Shown here piece by piece: positions 12,383 through 25,267 of a stretch of DNA of 64,000 nt (positions within the stretch are counted from its first letter, which is position 1; each line of letters opens with the position of its first letter). A program made the translations under genes and the position numbers. The DNA is from Moniliella sp. 'wahieum' (Eukaryota). The stretch spans positions 124,001-188,000 of the forward strand of contig RSEE01000114.1 in the NCBI GenBank assembly GCA_003971905.1. Reading direction: 5' to 3'. A model generated the notes under the pieces. It had not been told where the DNA came from and searched no databases. It worked only from the letters and a program-made list of their open reading frames with translations.

Positions 12383-13715
12383 ACTCGGAACTAGACCGTT
12401 TAATGCACTTGTACAGGCCACCTTATACATTTGACCTATCTTGTTCTCGCCTCCAACCGTATCTTCTGTAATCACCCCATTCACCAAATCCCCTTCCTCT
12501 TGCTTGTTGTGGGGCTGTGATGTAGCGCATGGTGAATAAGCATGTTGGCGGCTTTTGGATCGCTCGAACGACTTCGAACGACTTGGGACATCGTGAACCC
12601 AGTCCCATTGGGGTCCAAGGAACCCTTTTAGAACCAAAACGTACGATGCAAAGATGCGATTGCGCCCGACGCGTCGTCCAAAGGGGGCGACCGAGACGCA
12701 TCATCCTGGGTTGACCACCGCTGTACGTTCAACTTCATCTGGTTTTCTTCTATGCCTGTACTCAAGTGCTCCGAGGTTACCAACGAGTAAGTCCAGATTG
12801 AGATCCATCCCGGCAGTTCGTACGTTTCTCTCTCTTTCGACGCAAGGGCAGGTGCAGACTGATGCCATCGTTGGAGCGCGTCCTGTCGGGTCCCATATCT
12901 AGTCTAAGTACATAGGGTGCAGCATGAAACAATGCGAGAGCAGGTCCTCAAGCTTTTGTGTGCTACATTCGCGAGACACCACGCTCACAACCACATCGTT
13001 GTTGGGGACGATGAGCAAACGTGATGGGGGGTATAAAAGGTCCGGGGCATGGACAAATGGATGAGTAGGACCCCACAAGGTTGGATGTGGGCCACGCTTT
13101 GGAATCTGGGAATGATGAAGGCCCAAAGTGCTTGAATTCGTGAGGGGGGGTACATGAGAAGATGTCTACACACTCTTCTGGAACGCCAGCGGAGGGCGAG
13201 AAGAACGCCACCCCTATCCCAGAGATGCGCCCTAGATCAGTTGTTCCCCCTGAAAATGACGAGACGGTACTAAGGGTACGATGCAACGAAGACCGCCTCA
13301 AAGGAATTTGGGTGTTAGAAAGACCGCTTGGAAGAGCCATGTTGGAGATGGTGGAGACCCGGCCCGCACATGTTCACCGTGTTCATCCGTATCTCCATGC
13401 CTACCAGTGGCGCCGCTTCATCCGATTTGAAGACACAACAAAAGGACCGGAGCTCGAGGGTCCGGACTGAGTACTGAGTACTGAGATAGCGACACTCCTT
13501 TGGCCTCATGATTGTGGGTGAGTGCGAGCTGTCGGCAAACGTCGGAGGAGTAGTCCTCGTCTCTGCCTCTGCTTGGCCATGAACTGATGCACTGATGATG
13601 CGGAATTTTGAGGTCCAACATGCTCCTTGCCTGATCATGGAAGGGCGTAAAAATGTGGATGGACATTCGGTCGCTGCATCATGTGCATCATCATGCATCA
13701 CCTGATGGATGACGA

Positions 13716-13741
13716 TGACTAGTGACTAGTGACTAGTGACT
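13716..13741. repeat. (TGACTAG)x3.7 heptamer array
   Basis: Read directly; about 30 bp upstream of the ATG at 13770. Confidence 0.95.
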
Positions 13742-13769
13742 TTTGATGTGACTCTTCCGGTGAGCAAAT

Positions 13770-16310
13770 ATGGCTGTTCAACGCAAGCCGGGCGCCACTT
13801 GGGATTGTTCCACAACATCGACATGGATCGGGCCGGCGCAGGTGGAGGATGAGCTGGCAGCTCTCCATGCACTCCTCACGGCGGTCGACAAGATCGGGCG
13901 TTCGCGGGCGTTGTGGCAAACTCTCGTGCCAGGCTTGGGCGTCGGCGGCGCCCCACCCGTCCTGTCGCCTGATGTGCCGCTCCATCTGACCCAGCGGCTA
14001 TCCCAGCAACGCCTGCCCCCCGGGGACGCTGGATGTGTGTGAAGCTCTGCTGGCGCCATCTCGTGAGGGCACACTGCTGCCCTTCTCCGGACCAGCCTGG
14101 CGCGCCCATGCTTCCGCTCGCACTGCCACCGCCTTGGCCCGTATCGCGGCCGACTCGCCCTGGGTGAAGGCACAGGCGCACGTACCGGCGCCGTCCCTGG
14201 CCTAGGGGGCGTTCGGACCAACATTGTTCGAGAACAGGAGTTTCTGCAGCGCTATACGCTGGAACAGGAGCTGCTGGCCACAGTGGCAGGAAAATCGTTG
14301 GGCCCCCTCCGCGCTCCTGATACCTCCAACACTTCCAGCCTTTGTGTGCAGCTGGAGATGGTGGTGGCCCTGATGCTGCGGCCAGGACATGTGCTCCTAC
14401 ATATATCCACCCTCCCTCCCTCCCCGCCCAAGACCAAGACCAAGGCCAAAGGCAAACCCAAGAAGATGACCACGACTCAAGCCAACCCCCGCCGAATGGC
14501 AAACCCAAGCCCAAGCCCAAGCAGCCCCCGCGGCTCGACGCTATTTACGACGTTCTCACTGTGCACCGAGGAGAGGCCCAACAAGATACGAAGGGCGTGG
14601 AGGAAGGGGTAATCGATGCGTTGGGTGCTACGCTGGGAGCATCCCTCCTTCGCACTCAGCTTTGGCTCAAGCTCTTCACCGGTAAGAAAACTTCGCTCTT
14701 GGCTCAATTTCGTGAGGCCGAGGCCGAGCTGGAGCCAGACTCGGACGTGGATTCGGACGCTGAGGATCAAGTGAGGCACCAACAGAGCGTCGACGAAGCT
14801 GATATTGCCCTCAAACGGTGCAGCCTCTACGTACTCCTACATGCCTTGGACGAAGCTAGACGCGCCCTCTCCCATCCCGTTGAGGTGGAGGTCATTACCC
14901 GACTGGACCTCCCACCACTATCAACAGACACACTTACCCTTGCACAGCTATATGCGTTGTCTGAGGAGGACCGGTACCAGTACCGTTTGACCCGTCTCGT
15001 TGCCCTGGCAGGCACCCTTGGGATTCGCCTTGGGACACCCAAGAGCAACATGGACGCGCTCAAGGCCGCGGTGGCAGAACAAGAGGGACCGACAAAGCAG
15101 GCCGTTGTCCTACCATCTGAACGAGCTCAGGGGGGGCAGGGAAACACATGCCTTCCCACCCCACTGTGCCCCTGTCGTAGTATCCGACAGCGAGCTAACG
15201 ATCTCCCCATCTGCCACGCCCATCCTCACCGGCCCCGCCTACCGAGACGCACGTCAACCTTGATCTCAGTGCACTGGTTGCGCTCATCAGTGATGTATCC
15301 CACACCCCTTGGCGGAAGAGTGGATAGAGGCCGTGCGCGCCTGCGACTTTCCCCCCGAGGAAGAGGAGGTGCCTGTACCCGAACCGATTGCCCGTGCGTT
15401 CCGGAGCGTGGTGCCGTGGAAAGTGGCACAACAGGAAGAGGAGCAGATCCAGGCTCAAGTCGTCGACGCTGTTGTTGACGACGTTTGCCCCCCTGACCAG
15501 TCCGCAGCACACCACCCCCATCCCCAGCAACAACCTCAAAACGAAAAGGATAATGAAAAAAAGACGCCGGCTGCCCCGGGAATGACCCAAGGTCGCGCCC
15601 TGGCGATGCAGTTGACGCGCGAAGTGCGCTTGCACCTCCAGGGCGACGGGTACTTGCCTTACCTTGCCTCCCTTGCGTCTCGTACTGTGGTCCTGCACGC
15701 CACTCAGGAAGTAATGGACAAACTGCACCAGATCACACGTCTGGTCGCCGGCCCAGGGGAGCGACGGCGAGCGGACCTGCTCTTGTCGGGCCAAGGGTTC
15801 TGGCAAGGCAGCCGGTACGAAAGTGTGGATTCGGTGCGGTCCAAGCTGCTGCTCCCGATCCAAGTTTGGCCCACGCTACCGCCTCCTCCTCCCGTCCAGA
15901 AGGGACAGGATGCGTTCCTTGCCTGTGCCCAGCGGGTGGTGTACGAAGGGATGGGCATCCACTGGGGCCGTCCGGCCGGCAAGGCCAATGCCCGTGCGCG
16001 CGTCAGTGCCACTCAGATGGCTCATACCCTGGGTACATTGTGGCTTGGCCTGGTGCCGATGGAGGAAGGCCCGGTACTCACGGTGACTACGGGCCTAGCG
16101 AGTGTACGCTGGCTCGTGCGTCAACTCGCTGATGGTTTGGGACCTCAAGCTAGTGCTCTGCTCCTGGCGCCCCGACCGGCACGCATCTTGGTCACGCACC
16201 CGCGCTCGTTGGCAGAACACATGCGGACCGGCTCGCATCACCTCCCTGTTCGCGATGAGCACGGTCACCTCGTTCTCCCCGGGACAGATGCGCTGGGGCC
16301 CGCGGAGTAG
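13770..16310 (+). CDS. DUF1308 / C7orf25 (UPF0415)-like protein
   Basis: VNLDLSALVALISDVSH (about 15250), LVAGPGERRRA and C-terminal HPRSLAE are the motifs I recall for fungal DUF1308 proteins. Frameshifted. Confidence 0.65.
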
Positions 16311-17794
16311 AGCGCGTGTGTCCGCGGAACGGTTTCGTCTGCCCTTTGCATACCCCACTGCCGCTTTGACAGGTGGAAAAACGATGCTGAACATTGCGGA
16401 AACATGCAAGTCACTATAGTCACGCGTCACGGTGGTACGGCGACAGTTTTTGGCAGCTTGAAGCTTGAAGCCGACGGGAGAGTTGGGACCGAGCAGCGCA
16501 TCGGCCTTGGCCACGGCGTTTCAACTGAAGTAGTGGGGCATCTACCTGGCAGCACAAGGGCAGGGCCAAACATATGTATGACGCGGCCACATTCCATGGC
16601 GGACGAGCAATCTCTTTATTAGGCCACCTTGTTCACACGTTCACGGTCACCCCAGCAGAGTCACTAGTCACTCGCCAACGCCCAGCTGTCGGGGTGGCTG
16701 AGCGCAGTGGCTAGTGTCATTCTTTCCCCCAGCCGTCCAACGTCCCACGTTCATTTCGGCCTTTAAGCTTTAGGCCTTACGCCTTGCACCTTGAAGCTTG
16801 AGCCTTTTAGGGCCGGTCCCACGCCTTATTAGGCCTTGGGCTTTAGGCCCTACAGGGCCCAACCGATCCAGAGCCTCCTCCGCGGGTCATTCATTAATCA
16901 TTGATCTCGGTGAGCAAGAAACCATCAACGCGACTGCCGGGGACCCGGCAGAAATGCAGTATCGAAGCGCCTGGGATATTGAGTAGTGACTAGGAGTGGC
17001 TGCGCGTGCGCATATGCGGTGTCGCACTTTTGCCATGGCCGAACCAGCCCGAGACTTGAATAACCCGCGCGGAACAAGGCGCTGAGCGTCTGGGCTGAAG
17101 AGCGTGTCAGGCACCAAGGGCTGGTAACCGGTAACTGACAACCGTACGTAACCGATGCCCAGTGCGGGCGTTTGAGGGGGCGCTGCGGAGGGAGAAACGA
17201 ATCTGACCGGTTTGACCCTTTGGCGGCTCGCAACGCTAAAAGGAAGAAACGTTGGGGTATACACCCGGGTGTGTCAGGGTGTGTCCCGCTGATACGCCCG
17301 TCCCTCCAAGGAAAAACACAGGCTGGTGCAAGCAGCGCAGATGACAACTGGGACAGCCATGATTAATGGCACGCAATGGCATACATACAGGACCAGAGAA
17401 AGAGCAGGGCTGTACTGACCACCGAGGGAACTAAGTGGGTCTGCCCAGCCCCAACGAAGAGGAGGATGCTGCGATGTGAAATCTGCGAGTAGACCATGTC
17501 ATCGATTATCCTCGAGCTCGTACTAGTATACTGCTGGGTAGGCTTGCCCCGATACGTAGGGGTGGTAGTTGTCGCCGGCTGCGGACTACGCCTCGCATGG
17601 CATTCGCCGACCCCGACCCTGGCCGAGCCCACACGTCAAAAAGCGAGATAACGAGGCTGTGATTTATTTCACAGTTACTTGGGCAAGCATCATCCCCATG
17701 TGCCGCAAAGCATCCGCCACCTCGCGCCCCTCTGTGATGTGCAAGAACTTCTTCCAGTCTCTCCTCCTCTTCTCCACCGCCGACCAACACTTCT

Positions 17795-18436
17795 ATGACC
17801 GCCTCAGTGCCGTCCGCTTCCACCGCCACCCCGCCCTTAACCACTGCCTCTTCCAGCTGGCACCCCGATCCTTCCGTCAGCTCTTCTTCTTCCATCGCAC
17901 ATGAGCCCTCCGAACACATCAGCCAAGATTTCAACCCTATGCATCCCTCCCAGGCTACTCTCTTCCGCCATCTTATCGGCACCTGGAGTCTGGAGCGCGC
18001 CGTAGCCACCAATGCGGAAGGTCAAGTTCTCGAGATGCCCCTCGGCCCTTGTCCCCAGGGTCTGCTTATTTACAGCCCTGAGGGCTACGTCACCACCTTC
18101 ATCGAACGTGCTGGACGGCCGATTCTGTACACTGGTCCATTTGAGCTCCTCGCTCCTCCGAAGAGCTGTCCGCGCTCTCCCGATGCACTATGCTGGGACA
18201 TGCCCGACTCGTCCATCTATCCAGAAGACATTGGCACCATCGTGCAACGCGAACTCAAGATTATTGAATCAGGACCACATCCTCTCTTAGCCATGCACAT
18301 GCCAAATATGGGCAAATGCGTAAGTCCCCCCCTCTCCCTTCTATCACTGTCGACACACTTGCTGAATGTCCACGTCTTTGCTCTACAGGGAACGCTTGAC
18401 TTGCACTGGCGACGGCAGGAGATCTTTTCCTTTTGA
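17795..18436 (+). CDS. Lipocalin-like domain protein (Lipocalin_5 type)
   Basis: LIGTWSL..PLGPCPQGLLIYSPEGY..YTGPF..L.WRR; in-frame intron GTAAGT..CAG at 18320-18388. Start may be the ATG at 17939. Confidence 0.7.
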   Translation: MTASVPSASTATPPLTTASSSWHPDPSVSSSSSIAHEPSEHISQDFNPMHPSQATLFRHLIGTWSLERAVATNAEGQVLEMPLGPCPQGLLIYSPEGYVTTFIERAGRPILYTGPFELLAPPKSCPRSPDALCWDMPDSSIYPEDIGTIVQRELKIIESGPHPLLAMHMPNMGKCVSPPLSLLSLSTHLLNVHVFALQGTLDLHWRRQEIFSF

Positions 18437-18931
18437 ACTACGGTTGCCCTCCCTCACTCCACATCAGTCCGCGTCCCATGGACAACATTTTAGTTCGTCT
18501 TATGTGTTACTCTCATATACACCTTCATGCGCCGCGGGCTATATTGTGGCCCACTTCTCTGCTTATGCTTTTCTAGCTCATATCTGTGCTTATTGTGGCT
18601 CAATGGCCGTTTTGACGCTGGACATGGCTATCGAGGTAGCCGTTCCTACGCTTGGCTGTGCCACTTATATGACGCCACCCCCTCTGTGTTCCCATTCGAC
18701 ATGATTGAAGCTATCAGGCCTTGGCCCCCCGCGGGGCCTTCGGTAGCGTCAGGTGGAGCATTAGTATAGCACACACAGCACAGTTTATAAGTGAATCGGC
18801 TTGATCTCGAAAAAAGAAAGGAAAATAAATTGAAACTGCGAAATATGCTCAACCGATCGAAATTGCAGTACGTGACGGCGGACAACCACCACTCACTCCA
18901 ACCCCCCCACCACCATCACACTCCCCTCGTC

Positions 18932-21900
18932 ATGCGCCTCACCGAGCGCATCGGAGCCGAGCTGAGCGGCGCGCTCGGACTGCCCAGCAAAAACGCCGAC
19001 ATCATGGCCACCAACATGATCCGTCTTGCTCGGAGCCAGCCGGGGAGGAAACGTTTGTCCGCGCCGCCAACTTGTTTGGCAAGTTTGATCGTGCCTTCTT
19101 GCTTCAGTTGCGCCAGACCATACTCGCTTCGACGGAAGAAATTGCTTCGGTTCCTGCTGCTTCCTCGTCCTCTACCGCCACCAATTCCTCCGACAGGTTA
19201 GAGCCGGCCCAACCTCTGCGTGCTGGTCTGCAAAATCTTGGTGGCGAGGTACGTTTAGGCTGCTGGTGTGGGGGTTTCGGTTCATTGGCTAACTTTGTAC
19301 CTAGCGTGTTCTCTTCAAGTCGAAGGCACCCAGTCTGGGACTCGACAAGCTCGCCGCTCAACGTCGCGCGGAACAAAGGGAACGAGAACCCAAACGACCT
19401 CGGCTCGATCCACTTGATCCACCCGACTCGGGCCCCGGTGCCACGGCCGAGCAAGCGGACCACCCCATTTTCAAGGTCCCTTCGAAAGCGCGCCTCCGCT
19501 AGGATCCCACTTACGTCCACGGCCCCAGGATACCCCGGGCCGAGGCCCTGGACTGAGCGAGGCGGCACAACAACGTCTTGCTGAGCGACGACGGCAACGC
19601 GCCGGGGCCGATTCGCGTGCGCCTCCGCCCCGCCCTTCCGCACCCGATGCATCGGCCTCTTCGTTTTCCCAGTTCCGGGAACGCTTGAATCGTCGTCCTG
19701 TGGACCGCTCCCGACCTGAAGAAGCGACTCCCAGCAGAGGCCATGGGGCCATGGATACCCCGCATGCTGGGCTGGAGCGTGAATGGGAGACGCCCCGGTC
19801 GGACCGGACACGCCATGCGGACTTGCAGGGCCGGCGATGGGATACGTCTCCTCGCGCCCCGCGGCCCCAAAGGCCACGTGACAGTCCAATGGACGACGAG
19901 GAGGAGACTGGAGTGGCGGAAGAGGATGAACGAACGATGGATCGGGCATGGTACGACATGGATGAGATGGAGGGCACGGCCGGGGACGATGACCACAATC
20001 CGTTCGCCCAGTTTGAAGACGGAGGGCTTAGCCGTAAGCTCGAGTCACGTGTGCAAAGCGCACGGATGACCGCGCGCCAGGCTGCGTACAATGCCGATCG
20101 GGACGATTGGGAAATGAACCGGATGCGCACGGGAGGCGTGGGGGGCAAGCGGACAGTGGACTTGGATGCGGTCAACGCGGCCGAAGACGAGGACAGAGTC
20201 CATCTTCTCGTCCACGATTTCCGCCCTCCTTTCCTCTCGGGCAAGACCATGTTCACCAAGCAGATTGAGCCGGTCAATCCGGTACGGGATCCTACGGGCG
20301 ACCTGGCCGTCTTTGCCAAGAAGGGATCCAAACTCGTCAAGGAGCAGAGGGAAAAGACAGAACGACAAAAGGCCGCCGCTCGGGCCGCGGCCTTGGGTGG
20401 TACAACGTTGGGCAACATCATGGGGGTAAAGGAGGAGGAAGAAACGGATAGCCGGGGAAACAAGATCCTTGAAGTGGTCGAGTCCATCCAGTCCACCTCT
20501 GCCGATGGCAAGGAACAGGATCAAGATGACCGTGGCAAGGGCGATTCTCAATTCGCGTCTCATCTCAAGAAGAATGCAGGAGCTTCCGTTTTCAGCCGGT
20601 CCAAGACGTTGCGTCAGCAGCGCCAGTACCTACCTGCGTTTGCATGCCGCGATGCCTGCTCAAAGCAGTGCGTGAAAATCAGGTGGTGGTGGTGGTGGGT
20701 GAGACGGGGTCGGGAAAGACGACTCAATTGGCGCAGTTTCTCTATGAGGATGGGTACACGGGCGCCAACCAGTTAATTGGCTGCACCCAGCCGCGTCGTG
20801 TGGCAGCCATGTCGGTGGCAAAACGTGTGAGCGAGGAGATGGAGGTGCCGCTTGGGTCCACGGTGGGCTACTCTATCCGTTTTGAAGACTGCACTTCAGC
20901 CACGACACGGATTAAGTACATGACGGACGGGGTGTTGCTGCGCGAGTCACTCAATGAGCCCGACCTTGACCGATACGCCTGCATCATTATTGACGAGGCT
21001 CATGAACGCAGTCTCTCTACCGATGTGATCCTTGGTCTGCTCAAGAAAATTCTTACCCGTCGACGCGATCTCAAATTGATTGTCACCTCAGCGACAATGA
21101 ACGCAGACAAGTTCTCGACCTTTTTTGGCAACGCGCCTAATTTTACATTCCTGGACGTACCTTCCCTGTGGACACACGCTTCAGCAAGGTCCCATGCGAA
21201 GACTATGTCGAGAGTGCGGTTAAGAAGACGTTGGAGATTCACCTCTCAGGGGGCTCGGGCGACATCCTCGTCTTCATGACGGGACAGGAAGACATTGACG
21301 TGACTTGCCAGGCGGTCCAAAACCGTTTGGAGCAGCTGGACGATCCCCCACCACTATTGGTTCTTCCCATCTACTCTCAGATGCCAGCCGACCTCCAGGC
21401 CAAGATCTTTGACCCAGCCCCGGACGGCCAACGTAAGGTGATTGTTGCGACCAACATTGCTGAGACATCCTTGACGGTCGACGGTATTTCCCACGTCATC
21501 GACTCGGGATACAGTAAACTCAAGGTGTTTAACCCCCGCGTCGGCATGGACTCGCTTCAGATCACGCCGGTTAGCCAAGCGTCCGCCAATCAGCGGGCAG
21601 GTCGTGCGGGGCGAACGGGGAGCGGGAATGCGTATCGGCTCTACACCGAGATGTCCTACCTCAACGAAATGTTCCCCAACAACATTCCGGAAATCCAACG
21701 GACTAATCTAGCCAACACGGTTTTGCTCCTCAAGTCACTGGGGGTGGACAATCTGCTCGAATTTGATTTTATGGACCCACCACCGCAGGAGAACATTATC
21801 AACTCAATGTACCAGCTATGGGTGCTTGGTGCATTGGATAATGTGGGCAACCTGACCGCATTGGGCAAAAAGATGTCCGAGTTCCCCATGGAGCCGAGCC

Positions 21901-22808
21901 TTGCCAAGATCCTGATTGTTGCAGCGCAAGAGTTTGAGTGTTCCGAGGAAGTCCTGACGATCGTCAGTATGCTCTCTGTGCCCTCGGTCTTCTACCGCCC
22001 CAAGGAGCGACAAGAGGAATCCGATGCGGCACGGGAAAAGTTCTTTGTGGCCGAATCGGATCACTTGACCTTGCTTAACGTGTTCACTCTCTGGCGTGCG
22101 AATGGCTTTAAGGATGCTTGGTGCTCCAAACACTTTCTCCACGCTAAGCTCCTGCGTAAGGTGAGGGAAGTACGAGCGCAACTGGAGGATATTCTCCGAA
22201 CGCAGAAGCTGCCTCTTATTAGCGCCGGGACCGACTGGGACCGCGTCCGTCAGTGCATTACCTCGGGTTACTTCCACCAAGCCGCACGGGTCAAAGGGAT
22301 TGGCGAATACGTCAATCTTCGTACTGGTATCCCTTTACATCTCCACCCTACCAGTGCACTCTATGGCCTGGGCTACACTCCAGACTATGTGGTGTACCAT
22401 GAACTGACTTTGACCAGCAAGGAGTACATGGGCACCGTCACGGCTGTGGATCCTCACTGGCTCGCTTCGCTCGGCTCCGTGTTCTACTCCATTCGCCAAT
22501 CCGGCGCCTCGGCACGGCACACACGTCTATTGCAACGGGACGAGTTGTCAAAGAAGGCAGAGATGGAGATCCGTTTTGCTCAGGACGAGGAGCGGCATCG
22601 TGCTCAGCTGGAAGCTAGCTCGGCACGGCGGTCTCGCACCGAAACACCTCAGATCGCCTTGCCTGGTGCGACGCCCTTCCGCCGCCGTAGGCTCGGGCGC
22701 GGTGAGCGCGGGAGGAAAACACATGCGTGGCACTTCGTGCGAAGATCAGCTCCATCCAAAGTACCAGGTCCATATAAATGCAGATGCACTAGTGATACCA
22801 TAGGATAG
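18932..22808 (+). CDS. PRP16: Pre-mRNA splicing DEAH-box helicase Prp16/DHX38
   Basis: [37 protein letters not shown] (Prp16-type N-terminal region); [25 protein letters not shown]. True stop may be at 22705. Confidence 0.93.
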
Positions 22809-23763
22809 AATACGAGACTACGGCTACATCCGCTGCGCTTGGTGGGCAAGAAACAGGCTCGCCGTGACCGCGGACCCAGCTAGGGCACCGACCAAGCCAG
22901 CGACCCAGGGCTGGGCCAGTCTGTCCGTAGTGCCGGCGGCGAATGCAGCAAAAGAATGGACTGTCTTGCTCAAGAGCCCCTCGGGGAGGGGGGGGCAAGA
23001 GCTTGGACGATCTCTTGCTGCGTAGGCACGATGGGCGGTTGAGCCTGGTACCCTTGCAGAAGAAGGCGGATTTGGTCTTGGTCCAGCTGGGCCAGCTGCT
23101 CAAAGGACCAGGCGGTACAAACGGCACTCATCCATCCCATCCGTTTTTTCCTTCTTGGGGGGAAGGCGCCACCTGACGCAACTGCCTCCGTAGCTCACCC
23201 ACCTGCTCGATCGCAGGACCAACAGCGTCCGGCAGCGCTTGCTCAATCCGCTGCCGAATCAACGATGCCAGCTTAGGCCCCGTCCACCGGTAGAGACCAT
23301 GACTTGCAGTGCTCCGCGCCGGATGAGACTTCCAAAGTAAAAGTCGCACTCGGGCGGAACATCAGCCACATTCACTGGGATTCGACGTAGACGACACGCG
23401 CGGCAGATGGCCCGGCTGAGGTCCGCGTCATCAATAGCGGTCAGGACCAGGTCGTATTGCACGCCAGGAGCGGCATGGCGGTCCGAAGGCACCTCCCCCT
23501 CCGCAGGCGAGAGGTCCAACTCGATTTCAGGCGTAAGGAACTTGCGGTCCAGGTACACGTCTACCTCGCCTTGCGCTACGCGGTAGCGCAGCTCCTCGCA
23601 CAGCCCCGCTTGGGGCGCGAGCAGGGTGACGTGCGCATCGGCCTTTGACGTTGACCAGGCGCCCGGCGGCAACAGGACCACCGCCAACGATGAGCACGCG
23701 CTTGCCCTTGAGCTGGTACGCGAGCAGCAGCCCGCCCCCAGGGACGATGGTTGGATACGCCAT
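22789..23763 (-). CDS. MET8: Siroheme synthase (precorrin-2 dehydrogenase/ferrochelatase)
   Basis: [56 protein letters not shown]. 3' end approximate. Confidence 0.88.
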
Positions 23764-24233
23764 GGATGGTGGTCAGCAGGCAGGCTGGTCAGCGCGTCCG
23801 CACACCAGCCAGCCAGCGGCGGCGGAGAAAGTCAGCGACGAAGCTGTCGGAGATGGGCCGGGGATTGCGGTTACAACGGGGGGGGGCGGCTGCTTAGGCC
23901 GGCGACAAGAAGTGTCCGAATGCAATTTCAACCCGAACGGCTGGCCCGAATTGAAAGTTGCAGACCTAGGGAAGGCCCACGGCACGGCTGCGCTTTACCT
24001 AAGTGGCCGGATTGAGAGGAGAGGCAGGGCGCAGGCAAGCACTTAACTGGCCATTCCGCATTCGTCTCTGCCGTCGTCGGCAGGCCACGATCGCTACCAC
24101 CTCCACCACCACCTTCATCCGTCACCAGGAGGCTTTCTCGTGCTTTTTGCATACCCGTCTTCACCATGTCCTGGCGCACTGCCCGGCTTCCGGCTGCATG
24201 CAGACCTGCGTTGTGTCGCACGCCCTTGCGCCC

Positions 24234-25175
24234 ATGCCCCCTCGTCCGCCCTGCCCCGCTCCCCCGCGGCAGCCGCAGCATCCACATCCCCCAGCTCCCG
24301 CGCCCCAAGGGCAAACCCCCGTACGTCTCATGTCGCGCACCGCTCCTGGTCCAGGCGAAGCGCCCAACGCACTCAAACTAACCCTCCCATCTTGCGGGGT
24401 GGCGACAGGCTATCCTAGTGTCCTCAGCTATTGGTCTACTGGCCGGCGGCCTGCTCTTTGGCAAGCATCTCAGCGACCAAAAAGCGCAAGAACAAGAACA
24501 GATCCGTACCCGCAAGGAAATGTCCAAGTCATCCTATGGTCGCCCTAGTCTTGGCGGTCCGTTTGAGCTGGTGCTGGCTACGGAAGATCCGCAGACAGGC
24601 AAGCCGATTGGGCGCAAGATCACCCATCTGGACCTGTTGGGCAGGTTTGCCCTCATTTACTTTGGCTTTACCAACTGCCCTGATATTTGCCCGAGGAGCT
24701 GGAGAAGATGTCTGCTGTGGTGAACTCGGTCGAGAACCGGTTGGGCGAGGTGATTGAGCCTGTGTTCATCTCTTGTGACCCGTGGAGGGATACGATTGAA
24801 AAGACAGCTGCGTATGCTAAGGATTACCATCCCAAGTTGTTGGCTCTGACGGGCCACTGGGATGACATTAAAAATGTGTGCAAGGCCTACCGCGTCTACT
24901 TCTCCACTCCGCCCAGTGCCGATCCCAACTCGGATTACCTCGTGGACCACTCCATCTTCTTTTACCTCATGGACCCGGAAGGCCGTTTCGTCGAAGTCTT
25001 TGGCCGCAATTCCGAGGTGGCCGAGACACGGGAGATTGTCCTGAAATATGTCAAGCAGTGGAAGGACGCAGGTTTGCCCCTGGCTAAGAGTGACGTGAAG
25101 GAAACGCTCATCGCGGACCGGGGTAGGAACGTCACCTCGCTCGACACACCATTTACCACTTTGCCTTCGGCATAG
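24234..25175 (+). CDS. SCO1: Cytochrome c oxidase copper chaperone Sco1/Sco2
   Basis: LGGPFEL; IYFGFTNCPDICP; PVFISCDPWRD; YRVYFSTPP..DYLVDHSIFFYLMDPEG. Start approximate. Confidence 0.92.
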
Positions 25176-25267
25176 GCCTTTGCAAAAAACAAGACAAAAG
25201 GCTTTTTTGCCCAACCAAAAATACATGCATCATCATTTGCACCATTCACCATTCTCCATTTCCCTTC

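Noticed and set aside
13687..13718. CATCATCATGCATCA/TGATGGATGACGATG inverted repeat, or a C/D snoRNA nearby
   Set aside because: Low-complexity CAT/ATG sequence; box spacing unconvincing and no guide recognised.
16868..16890. HDV-like ribozyme core (GCCTCCTCCGCGGG)
   Set aside because: P3 does not close and no P1/P2 pairing was found.
17795..18436. Horizontal transfer of the lipocalin-like gene
   Set aside because: It has a spliceosomal intron and the family occurs in fungi; nothing supports transfer without a phylogeny.
22789..25175. MET8-SCO1 divergent pair as a cofactor gene cluster
   Set aside because: Unrelated pathways (siroheme versus copper delivery); adjacency is expected in a compact genome.
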